Part shown: positions 1 to 10,993 of the stretch, piece by piece
How positions within the stretch are numbered: the first letter of the stretch is position 1
Layout of the letters: each line of letters begins with the position of its first letter
From: Podarcis cretensis
Taxonomy: Eukaryota
DNA length: 64,000 nucleotides
Assembly (NCBI GenBank): GCA_951804945.1
Contig: OX638151.1
Coordinates: forward strand, 47,802,001 to 47,866,000
Reading direction: 5' to 3'
The notes under the pieces: generated by a model
What the model was told of the DNA's origin: nothing
The model's input: only the letters and a program-made list of their open reading frames with translations
The model's database searches: none
Position numbers and translations under genes: made by a program

Positions 1-1185
1 TGCTGTCTTTTATACTGCTGTAACCCAGTCTGGAAGCTTCTCATGAAGGGATGGTAATAAACCTAAAAATAATAATACTGCCATGTTTGTCGTCTTGGGA
101 TCTTTTGTGAGGAAGAATGGGGAATAAATTTAATTAATATATAGGTTTTTAATAGGGCAGAGGAAGAAAAAGACATTGTTTTATGTACTTTCCTTGTTTG
201 AAACTGTTTAGTCTTTCATGATATGTCCCAGCTAGTAGAATCAAGATGAAATGTTTAATGGTGTCGCATCTTGCAGCTTCTCCCAGCTGCTTAGCTACAA
301 ATGGTAAAAATGTTGGGTAGGTGTGTTAGCAAGCAAGATATGGGAGGAAATAATGGGATTGTTTGTTAGTTCTTGTGTGTGATATACGGGGTGCTGAGAA
401 CGCACAAATATCCGTTTTGCTTGCTTTTGTATGTTTTTATACTGTTTTATTGGTTTTTGGTTGTATTTTAGTTTTAATGGATATTGTTTTTATGTACTAC
501 ATAGTGTGCACTGCTTAGAGATTTTTGAAATATTAAGTGGTTTAGAAATGCATTCAAATAAAATAAATATTAAGAGCCAAGATCAAGGGGGAGGGACTGG
601 GAGTTAGATAAATAATGTGCTTACTATCTATTCTTCCATGGAGGTTTTTATATAGGAAACACCTGTGTAAGGAGGGAACCCATGAGAATTTGTTCCTGGA
701 CCCACTCAGACATAATTACTGATGATAAAGCAAGCCTGCTCCTCTATTCTGTTGAAGACAGCTGTGGCTTCACAGCAGCTGGCCCATCTCCATGTTACTT
801 TTGATTTGTTCTGGAAGCTGGAAATGTCTGGTGCAGTTTCTCAGAATGCTTTGGGAAGTTGAAAGGAGTTGAAGGGTGGTACATGAGGGAGCTGTGGGAG
901 CAGGAGTGTAGCTTGGGAAAGTTGGAAAGCCAAACCTCTGAAAGGCCCTAGAAAGCTGATTGTTAGGCTAAATAGAATGCCAGCATATTGGCAGATTATT
1001 GGAGAGCCATTCTATATTGTACAGAGGCTAGACACTCCAGTGGCCCTGAGCAGGAACCATAGCACACAAAACAATAAATTCATGTAGGCCTAAAGTGAAT
1101 AAACTTGCATCAGTTGTAATAATCCTAAATGTTGCTTGATAACTGCATATACCATTTTTACAAACAGGATGATTAAAACTGTTCA

Positions 1186-1190
<5 letters not shown>

Positions 1191-1222
<32 letters not shown>
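1191..1222. repeat. (TG)16 microsatellite
   Basis: Direct reading. Confidence 0.98.
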
Positions 1223-1223
<1 letters not shown>

Positions 1224-1379
1224 CCCCCGCCGCCAATGGAGAGCTGTGAGATTTAAGAACTATGGGGCACTTTATTACAGTGATACTGTACGTTTGAAGC
1301 AAAATACTTTTTTGGGGGGGGGAATTCAATTTCCATAGCTTATTATCAACATATTTATTTCATCTGCACCCTCCCATAT

Positions 1380-1504
1380 CAGGTTTGGGGAATCTTTGGC
1401 ACTCTAGTTGTTGCTGAACTACAACTCCCAGCAGCCCCAGCAAGCTTGGCCAATGGGAGTTGCAGCTCAAGAACATTTGGATTGCCAAAGTTTTCCCACA
1501 TCTG
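1380..1504. mobile_element. Short palindromic hAT-type MITE
   Basis: Imperfect TIRs CAGGTTTGGGGAATCTTTGGC / GCCAAAGTTTTCCCACATCTG; internal inverted ACAACTCCCA / TGGGAGTTGC; no clear TSD. Confidence 0.65.
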
Positions 1505-2976
1505 CTGTAAATCAGTAATAGAAGCAAATATCTATGGACATGTTCTAACCAAGGGTGGACACTTCCAAGTTCAGTTTATTTCAAGGAAAGCAATTTGGAT
1601 CCAATGCAGATTTACCAAGCCATGAGCCAGCTTCAGAAATGTGTGCATATTCTCCTTCTTCCCTTATCTTTCTGGAGTGAATTCCTCCCTTCCCTCCTTT
1701 GTTTGCTCTAAACATGGTTTAGATTCATCAGCTGGTGACAACCATAGTTAAGGCTAATCAACTTTGATATAGAGCAAGGGTTACAAACAAATTCTGGTTT
1801 AGAGAATCCTAGTTATCATGGCCATGGCTAATAGTGATACAGATGTGCTAAATGATTGTTGAGGCATGTACAAGAAGAGAGGGCTGTATTTGCTCCAAAG
1901 TCGGCAAGTAGGTCTTATAAGCATGCCTTAGACTGGTTTTCTGTTTGTAGGGAGCCATCATTACATCTGCATTGAACTATAACCATGTGCTAAACTTTTT
2001 TCTTGAGTGGAACATGGGGTGGGGCTTGGTGGCTTTGTGTTGAGTAACTACTACCATTTCAGTCACAACAGACAACTCTTAATCTCAGTGATCAATAAGC
2101 CTCTCTATGTAACACATCAGCCATAGACCCATCAGAAGGATCTGAGTCCCAGTGTGATACCAGTAATCCTACATAGACAGTGCTGAGGACACTATCTCCA
2201 ACATATTTTGATTGATGCCTTTGTGAAGGAATTGAAAAAAGTATCAGGCAGCATTCCTACAACCTAGGCCTCCTTCTCCAAAGCACAACACCATAACCAT
2301 ACAACTACAGCAGTAGAGGAAAGAGAGATACACAGTGAGTTCTTTGGAGTCTCCCAAGAGCCCAGTCAATTTCATGCTCCTTTCATTTCCCCACCCTGTG
2401 TGCATCACCCTGAGGAATATCAGCCATAGAAACCTGAAGAAGGGACCATATGGGGAAGCTATTGCCCTATGAAAAAGTGCAGGCTTCACATACAAGAGGA
2501 GGCAGGTGTGGTAGCCAGTTACAGTGACTGATGAATAGCCCATTAGACTTTCTCAGGTAACTGCAGGTATACCCATGCCCCAAGGTGTCTTGGCAGTGCT
2601 AGTTTCCACAATAATAGCACATTCACCATGCTGGCAGTAGCTGTGAGTTATTTTCATGACATGGAGCTATTTCCATATACCTGATTAGTCCACCTGTCTA
2701 CTTAGGCCGTTTACCCATTGAAGGAGATAATGTAGTAATTAACTCACCTATATAGTCTAGCGAATTGTAATGAACTCGATTCAGTTTGTCTGTTCTGTTC
2801 CACATGCTATATCTCTTACCCTGCAAAGAAAAGGAGCCATTAGTGTTTAGCTAGAAGTAGTAGTAGATGGAAGTGTTCACCAGTTGGGCTCCCCACAGTG
2901 TTCCCTGGCACAGTGTGAAAGAGTGGGTTGGTTGGCTCTCCTTCAGCACATGTGTCACATTTTTTATCCCTTGTTT

Positions 2977-3345
2977 GAGTGATACACTGTGGTTTAAACC
3001 ACTGAGCCTATTGGGCTTGCCAATCAGAAGGTCAGCGGTTTGAATCCGTGTGACCGAGTGAGCTCCTGTTGCTCTGTCCCAGCTTATGCCAACCTAGCAG
3101 TTCGAAAGCATACTAGTGCAAGTAGAGAAATAGGTACAGCTGTGGAGGGAAGGTAAATGGCATTTCCATGTGCTCTGGCCTCTGTCACGATGTTCCCTTG
3201 TGCCAGAAGCAGTTTAGTCATGCTGGCCACATGACCTGGAAAGCTGTCTGTGGACAAATGGCTCCCTCAGCCTGAAGTGAGATGAGCACTGCACCCCATA
3301 GTCGCCTTTGACTGGACTTAACCGTCCACAGGTCCTTTACCTTTA
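2977..3345 (+). mobile_element. Sauria SINE, older copy
   Basis: Aligns with the copies at 8527 and 42359; tRNA-like head with decayed B-box; (ACCTTT)-type tail; CpG decay. Confidence 0.9.
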
Positions 3346-4485
3346 ACAATCTGTTGAGTTTCATTTGTTAAGCAAGTACACAATAGTGGAAGGAGAAACA
3401 ATGTGTGTCCATGAATATTTGATTTTTGCATACCTATCTCCCTTCTGGGGAACAGGACAGGAGAGTGTGCAGGAATACTCATTTGAGCAGGGCTGGCCTG
3501 AATCCTTTGGGCGCCTCAAGCAAGATGTGCTACTGATGCCTCCTCATCCATGCCCCATGGGGTGGGAGGAGACTAGTGGCAAAGCAGCTACTCTGGGGGA
3601 ACACCCCCTTTTCTCCAAGAGTCTTGATGAAAGGGAGTGTTCCTCAAGGTATTGCTGCTGTTCTCCTTATCTTTGGCTTTCAGCTGTTTCTTTGGCTTAC
3701 CTGCATTGGAAGCCGGGTTGTCTTACTTCATTGGTGCGCTCACATGGCACACATTTCTAACCACTTTCCACACCTCAGAATTTGCTGCCTGAGGCAGCTG
3801 ACTCATGGTATGGCACAACGTCCTCTAAGCCACCCTCCCTTGCTTACTTTTTGTAGGGTTCCTTGCACTTGCAGCCCTGGGTACAACAGCAGATTTCTCA
3901 TTGTTGTTTGTACTGTATCTGGAATCCTTTGGCAGGGTACCCATAACAGGTTTTCAGAAGACCGTTCTTCATCCACTCATTACCTTTTTTATCGTTGCTG
4001 TTGTTTCTCTTAGGCTGCTAGGTGTTTGTTGGTTGTACACAGTTATCACTCTCTGACAATTATATAGTCCTATGCTACATTTTGATATCTGAGTTGTTCC
4101 CTTTGTGAAGCCTACACTTGATGCAGTGTGTCGATTGCTACTGAGTTAGGCTGTAACCCTAAACTGACTGACAACAGCAGGGCTTTAGGAGTGGAGCAGT
4201 CAACACTACATCCACAACCCAACCATTTGTGCTGGCCAAGGCAAAAAGAGTTAGGGGACAGGAAAGTATAATATTTGTGCTGTTTTTTAAAGTAGAAAAA
4301 GGTCATTAGGCATGTCCATGGGTTTTTTTAATTACTGCATTTTTTTTACAGATGTATTGTGTTTTTGCCTGCTCCTTGTTGGAATTGTTTTATATTTTTA
4401 ACTGTATTGAATCATGTCCTGAGAACATATGGTTAAAATACTCATTTGTTCAAAAAAGGACCATATTCTGAATTGTGCGTGAGTA

Positions 4486-4711
4486 CAGTGGTACCTCAGG
4501 TTACATACGCTTCAGGTTACAGACTCCGTTAACCCAGAAATATTACCTTGGGTTAAGAACTTTGCTTCAGGATGAGAACAGAAATCGTGCTCCAGCGGCG
4601 TGGCAGCAGCAGCAGGCCCCATTAGCTAAAGTGGTGCTTCAGGTTAAGAACAGTTTCAGGTTAAGAACAGACCTCTGGAACGAATTAAGTTCTTAACCCT
4701 AGGTACCACTG
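4486..4711. mobile_element. Tc1/mariner (Tigger-like) MITE
   Basis: TIRs CAGTGGTACCTCAGGTTA / TAACCCTAGGTACCACTG, flanked by TA on both sides. Confidence 0.9.
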
Positions 4712-6359
4712 TATACACATGTGAAGTAATAAACCACAGTTTTGTAATTCATACTTTTTCATTTGCTTGAATTTATTTTATACTCATGATTTTGTTATTC
4801 TAGCACATAGAATAACACGTGTGTAATACATAGCAGTAATTATATATTATTTCATAAATGTTAAGCGTTGCAATTTTTTTTGGCAAAACTGCTGAAAACG
4901 GTAGTACAAAATGCAGTGATACTGATGGTCCTATTTTAAGCTGCTTCCCATGCTGCAGAGGAATAAGCACCCATGCAGTGGTGTCCAAACCAGATTTGAT
5001 GAAGTGAAGGGCCATGAAGGCCGACCAAAGTTTAACTTTTTTTAGTTGAAGTTGTTGAGCTTTTTTAGGAGCCAGATTAAACCAACCAGCAGGCCAGATT
5101 AGGCCCCCGAAACAGACTTTGGACATGCCTGCTTTAGGGAAAGAAACCATGTGTGTGAATACATTTGGTTATGAATGACCTTCTCTTGCTTCTTAACCAA
5201 TTTTTAGAATACACGGACGTAGAAGTTGTATTGAAGTAAACAGTAACTTTTGTAGATATTTATTGTTACATGCTTGTTTTTTGTTAGAAATGGTAATGTG
5301 AAGTTCTTAGTCTAGAATTATTTCTGTTGTATCTTCGTAATTTGTTTTGATCACACTAAAGTCTACTCAGCATATAGATAGGATTATGCAATCCACAATT
5401 AGTTCATGCTGGCAACTTCCCTTGCTCTTGCTATGGACCTTGGAGCAAGGAGGACAAAGGGAGGGAGAGGTCCAGGAGCACAATTGCGGTTGTGTGGGGA
5501 AAGAACTTAGAAGTGGCCGGCTTTGTTGGAATCCTCCCTCCCTTTGCATAAAGTTAATGGCAACAAAATAAATGCCAATTTGAGTTAATTGAGAATCCAA
5601 GAAGGCTATCTCCACCCAACCTTCTTTACCCACCTGAAGCCACAGTAGAGCTTCGCATAACAACTAATAGTGGCCAGGGACCATCCAGGACCAGGAGTAC
5701 ACTAATCCAAGTTTAGATAGCAACAGTCACCTCTTTGGGCTCTGCTCCTATATTTTTTTGAACAAAGACCACAAGAGGTTGTGCAGGGAGTCCAGGGAGC
5801 CTGTTGCTGAGATTCTTGGTTCAACTAGAACTCTCCAAGATGAAGTAAAGGAGGCTTACAGAGGTGGACAGGGAAAGCTCTAGCATATATGTTGGTGATA
5901 ATCAAAACACATGCTACTCACTAGCATATTGATAGCATACCCCACTCTAACCCAAATAAAATAATCTTGTTGACTTTCAGAAGAAACCCAAACCCCATAC
6001 CCTTATACAAGGACAAAGGCACATTACTCATAGTCTGTGTTAATGAAGTGAAAAAAGAAGCCTGTGTGCATTTTCTAAAGACTTTCAAGCTTGACCTCTT
6101 TTATCGGCAAAGCAAGATTATTTTGCTGAAAACAGTTTGAATGGGCAGAAACATCCTGTGGCTTGGATTTCTTCCTTGTGGCATGACATTGAATTAATTA
6201 CACTCAGGATGTCCCAGGAATTCTCTACCCTTGTCTTTGTCATGAAAGTTACTCAGGTACCTGACTGGACCCTCTCTGAAAGCATCTTTTAACATTGTTA
6301 AAACAAAATAAAAAAATTCCTTCCAGTAGCACCTTAAAGACCAACTAAGTTAGTTCTTG

Positions 6360-6397
6360 GTATGAGCTTTCGTGTGCATGTACACTTCTTCAGATAC
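6360..6397 (-). ncRNA. Second hammerhead motif copy (antisense arm)
   Basis: Reverse complement GTATCTGAAGAAGTGTACATGCACACGAAAGCTCATAC; one substitution in stem II. Confidence 0.72.
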
Positions 6398-6673
6398 ACT
6401 GAAACAGAAGTCACCAGACCCTTCTATATAGTGAGAAGGTGGGGAGGGGTATTACTCAGAAGGGTGGTGGAATTGGGTGATTGGCAGATAGCTGTGATGA
6501 GCCTGTTGACGACTCTTAACACTGCAATATGCAAGGAAACTATGTAGCACTTTCTCTAAGAAGCTGCTCAAACATCTGATCAGCGTTCTCTACTCTCCCA
6601 ATCCCACCACCCTTCTGAGTAATACCCCTCCCCACCTCACTATATAGAAGGGTCTGGTGACTTCTGTTTCAGT

Positions 6674-6711
6674 GTATCTGAAGAAGTGTGCATGCACACG
6701 AAAGCTCATAC
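6674..6711 (+). ncRNA. Minimal type I hammerhead ribozyme motif (Penelope-type)
   Basis: GTAT-CTGAAGA-A-GTGTG(CATG)CACAC-GAAA-GC-TC-ATAC: stem I GTAT/ATAC, CUGANGA box, stem II, GAAA, palindromic AGCT helix III, UC cleavage site. Confidence 0.8.
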
Positions 6712-7573
6712 CAAGAACTAACTTAGTTGGTATTTAAGGTGCTACTGGAAGGAATTTTTTTATTTTGTTTTGACTATGGCAGACCAACACGGCTACCTAT
6801 CTGTAATTTTAACATTGTTGTTTTTTCTGTAGCTGGGGGCATGAGTCATCCCCACTGGATTCAGTCTTCCCCACTCAGACTGATGCTTGCTCCTCTACAT
6901 GCCAGTCTCTTACTCAGGAGGCTGCCACACAAGTTCAGCTGTCTTGGAACACTCCTGGAAAGTCTTTTCCAATCTCTCTTTTAGTATTCTTTTAGTCCCC
7001 TTGCCTCAATGGATCACAGAAGCTTGCTCCTTTTTGTCCCTCTTTCATTTAGACTTTAGCTAGATTCCTTACCTCTTACACCCTTGCCAATTGCCTCCAA
7101 ACCATGTTTGTTATTTTATTTCACTGGTTTTAATGAACCTCTGTACAAAGGCACCAGCCAGTGTCTTTATGAAAGAAGGTGAGTGAGTTGGGCTCATGGG
7201 CTACATTATTCACCACTCCATCACAGCCTGAGCCTTATCAGAGAGAGGGAGCATTTCCCACAACACGCATAAAGCAATCATGAAGGAAGTGTGATTACCC
7301 TTGTGCCCTTTTGTGGAAGGATCCCCTCCCATCACAAAGAAAACTCAGTAAATTTGAGATAAGCAACACCTTCTCATCCCTTCCTCACCAGGACAGGTAA
7401 CCCCTGCATCTCAGCTTTCCTACTCTTCTCTGTTCTTCACATTTCTCTGAACTCAAGAGAGAGGACAGCTACTAACCTTTGTTGTTGTTGTTATTGTTCC
7501 TGGTTCTTTCTCTTTCCCCACAGTAAAGTTCAGCTTCACTTTTACTCTTTCCCCTTCATCTTGGTGATTAAGC

Positions 7574-7820
7574 CATGGGTAGGCAAACTAAGGCCCGGGG
7601 GCCAGATCCGGCCCAATCACCTTCTAAATTCGGCCCATGGGCAGTCCAGGAATCAGCATGTTTTTACATGAGTAGAATGTGTGCTTTTATTTAAAATGCA
7701 TCTCTGGGTTATTTGTGGGGCATAGGAATTCGTTCATTCCCCCCCCCCATATAGTTTCCCCCCCCCCAGGTCTGAGGGACAGTGGACCAGCCCCCTGCTG
7801 AAAAGCTTTGTTGATCCCTG
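7574..7820. mobile_element. hAT (Charlie-like) non-autonomous element
   Basis: Perfect 8-bp TSD GATTAAGC (7566-7573, 7821-7828); ends CATGGGTAGGCAAAC / TTTGTTGATCCCTG; subterminal GGCCC repeats. Confidence 0.9.
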
Positions 7821-8161
7821 GATTAAGCGAATGGCCCAAGCATAGTTATTAACTCATTTCTGTGTTTTTCTGTACTAGAATTTTAAGCCAAAAACCTGCC
7901 TGTTGTTTATTTGTTTATATTGGCATATAATCGTTACATTTATTTATATTAATTTATAAATAAATATTGTATTTGCAGCTGCATCATGTTAAGAATACTC
8001 CATACTAAAGCCCCCAAATTTAAGTCAGTACAATTCTGTTTGTGTAAGCACACTATAGTCACCAGTAAGAAAGATGGAGTTGAAGTACGAGAACTGGGAG
8101 AGAAGAGGGTAAGAGGGTGACTAGAGCAAACCTATCTGGACTGAGCTCAACTGAACACAGG

Positions 8162-8380
8162 GGGTTGTATTCAATATATTGCTAAAGTGAATGTTCTATC
8201 AGCACAAAAGTTTCTGCTTGTGGGACGGAACACTGTCCTCTGCCTTGCCCCTTAAATCTGTTCTGGATGTTTCCCCAACCTTCCAGAGCAGATTTGCAGA
8301 CTGCACAGGCGGAGAAGAGGGGAGAATCCCTTTGTGCTCATGCTAATCCTTGAGCTTGCACAAAAAGTTGAATACTTCCC
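8162..8380. mobile_element. Palindromic MITE-like repeat (related copies near 10800-11060, 18790-19030, 39770-39990, 48850-49050, 57140-57320)
   Basis: TIR GGGTTGTATTCAA / TTGAATACTTCCC; central AAATCTGTTCTGGA...TCCAGAGCAGATTT inverted pair recurs in the other copies. Confidence 0.65.
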
Positions 8381-8526
8381 AGAGTTCTAGTTGTTTACTT
8401 TTCATGCAGGTTCAGATACATGTGGGATGGGTTTTTCTGCATCAAAAAGGGGAGAAGGGGACCTGGAGTCCTAGGAGGACCAAGTTTTCCCACCATGGGA
8501 AATAAGTGCAAAGCACCTAGAATGAA

Positions 8527-8893
8527 GGGACGCAGGTGGCGCTGTGGGTTAAAGCCTCAGCGCCTAGGGCTTGCCGATCGAAAGGTCGGCGGTTCGAATC
8601 CCTGTGGCGGGGTGCGCTCCCGCTGCTCGGTCCCAGCGCCTGCCAACCTAGCAGTTCGAAAGCACCTCCGGGTGCAAGTAGATAAATAGGGACCGCTTAC
8701 CAGCGGGAAGGTAAACGGCGTTTCCGTGTGCGGCTCTGGCTCTGGCCAGAGCAGCGATGTCACGCTGGCCACGTGACCCGGAAGTGTCTCTGGACAGCGC
8801 TGGCCCCTGGCCTCTTAAGTGAGATGGGCGCACAACCCCAGAGTCTGGCAAGACTGGCCCGTACGGGCAGGGGTACCTTTACCTTTACCTTTT
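8527..8893 (+). mobile_element. Full-length young Sauria SINE
   Basis: GGGACGCAGGTGGCGCTGTGGG head, B-box GGTTCGAATCC, (ACCTTT)n tail, CpG-rich; 12-bp TSD ACCTAGAATGAA at 8515-8526 and 8894-8905. Confidence 0.95.
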
Positions 8894-10101
8894 ACCTAGA
8901 ATGAAAGAGAGGTTCCATGTGCAACATTTTGGTTGACATTCCTCACTTTGATGAATGCTAATTAGTAGTGATATGTTTACTGGTGCTCAGAGTGCCTCAG
9001 GCATCGTTTCCTTCCCCAAAGCTGTAAGATGGCCAGTTAGTAGATACACCTTGTATGGCTTGATTGCCACAGGAATCAGGCAGTGAGGAAGACCCCTGCA
9101 TATTCCAGTTGTCACCTCTCTCTGCATAACTTGTGAGAGTCACTCCTGCTGCAGATGGTAAGGGATGAGCTTGCTCTGGTTCCCCTAATTTCACCTGTTT
9201 AGTTCATCTTTCCAGACAAAATGGGATTTCATTGAGTCAGATACTGTACTGACTTAAATTGGCAGCAAGAATGAACTCCTTGGTATAACATCATATTAAA
9301 ATTACATTTTTGAGGTGCATCTCCAATTATATTCCTGTTGTGTAGCCTTAATCAAAGAGTAGCGACTTTCCCCCCGTTAACACCTAATGTGAATGCATGT
9401 GTGAAACATAATGTATTACTAAGCCATGACAGGAGGATATGTTGCCTGTTTCACCTTGTCTCTCTTATGTCATCTGAAATGTTATACCATGTCAGGTCTT
9501 TGAATGCTTTGGAGATGATGATATGTTTATACATGTCTTAGTTTGCATTCTTAGTTTTGTTGGCAAGTGTGTATACGGTGCCAAAAAGAAGTTTTTGACA
9601 CACATTGTAACCCACATGAAATTCATTTGAAATTATTCAAAGACTGATTGGACTTCAATGAAATGTATAGTTGCTGTGTCTAGCAGCATTTGTTTTTCCT
9701 CCATAAGCCACATATTTTTATCTGTGTCTTTTTGTGGGATTTCTTTGGCAGAAACAATTCCTGGCATGTTAGAATGTGAAGGGTTCCTTCTCACCAGCTG
9801 AGTCTTTCAGCTGGCTGGGATCACCAAGTACCGTAGTGGTAATAACCCTTAGTATTCTAAATCACACCTTTTAGTTAAGATTTTGAAAAATATTTCTTTT
9901 AGATGCTACATTGGGGGGGGGGTGCGGGAAGACAAATTGTCTTATATTTATTATGTATCAAATGTTTTTGTTGCTGTTTCTTAATCTTTTGCATGATCAT
10001 GGAACTCAAAGTACTTTCCTAAAAAGCCAATAATTTTCATTAAACTAGAAGAATCTTTTTTGGTAGTTAAAGCAGAACACTGTTAACAAAGAATATTGTT
10101 G

Positions 10102-10186
10102 AAACAAAATTAAAAAAAAAATCCTTCCAGTACCACCTTAGAGACCAACTAAGTTTGTTATTGGTACGAGCTTTCGTGTGCATGCA
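10102..10186 (-). mobile_element. Truncated Penelope-like pLTR fragment (same family as 6300-6806)
   Basis: Closely matches 6301-6380; stops inside the hammerhead stem II. Confidence 0.85.
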
Positions 10187-10924
10187 ACTTTAGTTTTCAT
10201 TTCCCTCTACTCCCAAATATATCTAGTAGGTGGAATCTAGAAGGACTCAGTGTTAGAAACTGGGGAACACTAGGAGCCCCGTGGCTCCTGGGACCTAGGT
10301 TGTGGGTGGCAAAACAAAATGTCTAGGCATCTTTGGGGGGGGGGGTTGTCCCGCTACCAGACCAGGCAGCCTCCCAGTGCAAAACAAAAACAAAAAAACA
10401 GGGTAGTGCAGCAGCAAAAGACATGTGTTGTGCTTTGCTTTGACATCACACCTCCCTTGTGCAGGTGAGATAGTCTCTAGCTATAGCAGCGCTGCTATTC
10501 AGTCATGTCAGGCCTTACACTTTACATTGTAAATGCTTGTGGATGTCAGTTGAGCTACAGCAGCCCAGCTGGTATAAATTGATGGTGGATTGGATTGGAA
10601 CCTCATATAACAACTTTCATAAATCTGAAACATCTATGATGGTTACAGTGTAATTTTGTATCACAAGGCTAGGCAAAGTTGGCATGGTTTTTATTTGGGC
10701 AAAAATTTTAACCCACCCAGAAAAACCATGCACGTCTTAGTTCTTGCTTTTCTGGGGTTTTATTGTTCCATTTGGATCTGTTGGGTGTTAGCCAGTGATG
10801 TTGTTCCGCTAACACAAGAACTTTTGACTGTGCAGAGGAACTTTCCCTTGCTCTCCTCTTGCACCCCCCCCCCAAACCTGTTCTGGGGTGTTCCTTCAGT
10901 GTTTGATCCCTGTATGGGACAGCT

Positions 10925-10993
10925 GCATATTCCTGCATTGCAGGGGGTGGACTAGATGATCCTCAGGATCCCTTCCAACTCTATGATTCTATG
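10925..10993 (+). mobile_element. CR1 LINE/SINE 3' tail inserted in a palindromic MITE
   Basis: GGACTAGATGATCCTCAGGATCCCTTCCAACTCTATGATTCTATG, the CR1 terminus. Confidence 0.75.

Larger units (their letters stand above)
6300..6806. mobile_element. Penelope-like retroelement (inverted pseudo-LTR arrangement) with 13-bp TSD
   Basis: About 170-bp near-perfect inverted repeat (6300-~6472 and ~6600-6771) plus a 35-nt extension; TSD TTTTAACATTGTT at 6287-6299 and 6807-6819; pLTR motif CCAGTAGCACCTTAAAGACCAACTAAG typical of reptile Penelope-like elements. Confidence 0.85.
5590..7420 (+). mobile_element. Possible highly decayed DIRS retrotransposon RT/RNase H remnant, interrupted by the Penelope-like insertion
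   Basis: Frameshifted traces resembling ITTDxWV..TI..GY (about 5657-5715), GxYS..KK (about 6017-6060) and GWGAH (about 7190-7205), in the expected order; recognised by eye only. Confidence 0.3.

Noticed and set aside
6300-6771. miRNA precursor or DNA-transposon interpretation of the long inverted repeat
   Set aside because: Arm length, the one-sided extension, the 13-bp TSD and the hammerhead/pLTR motifs fit a Penelope-like retroelement better.
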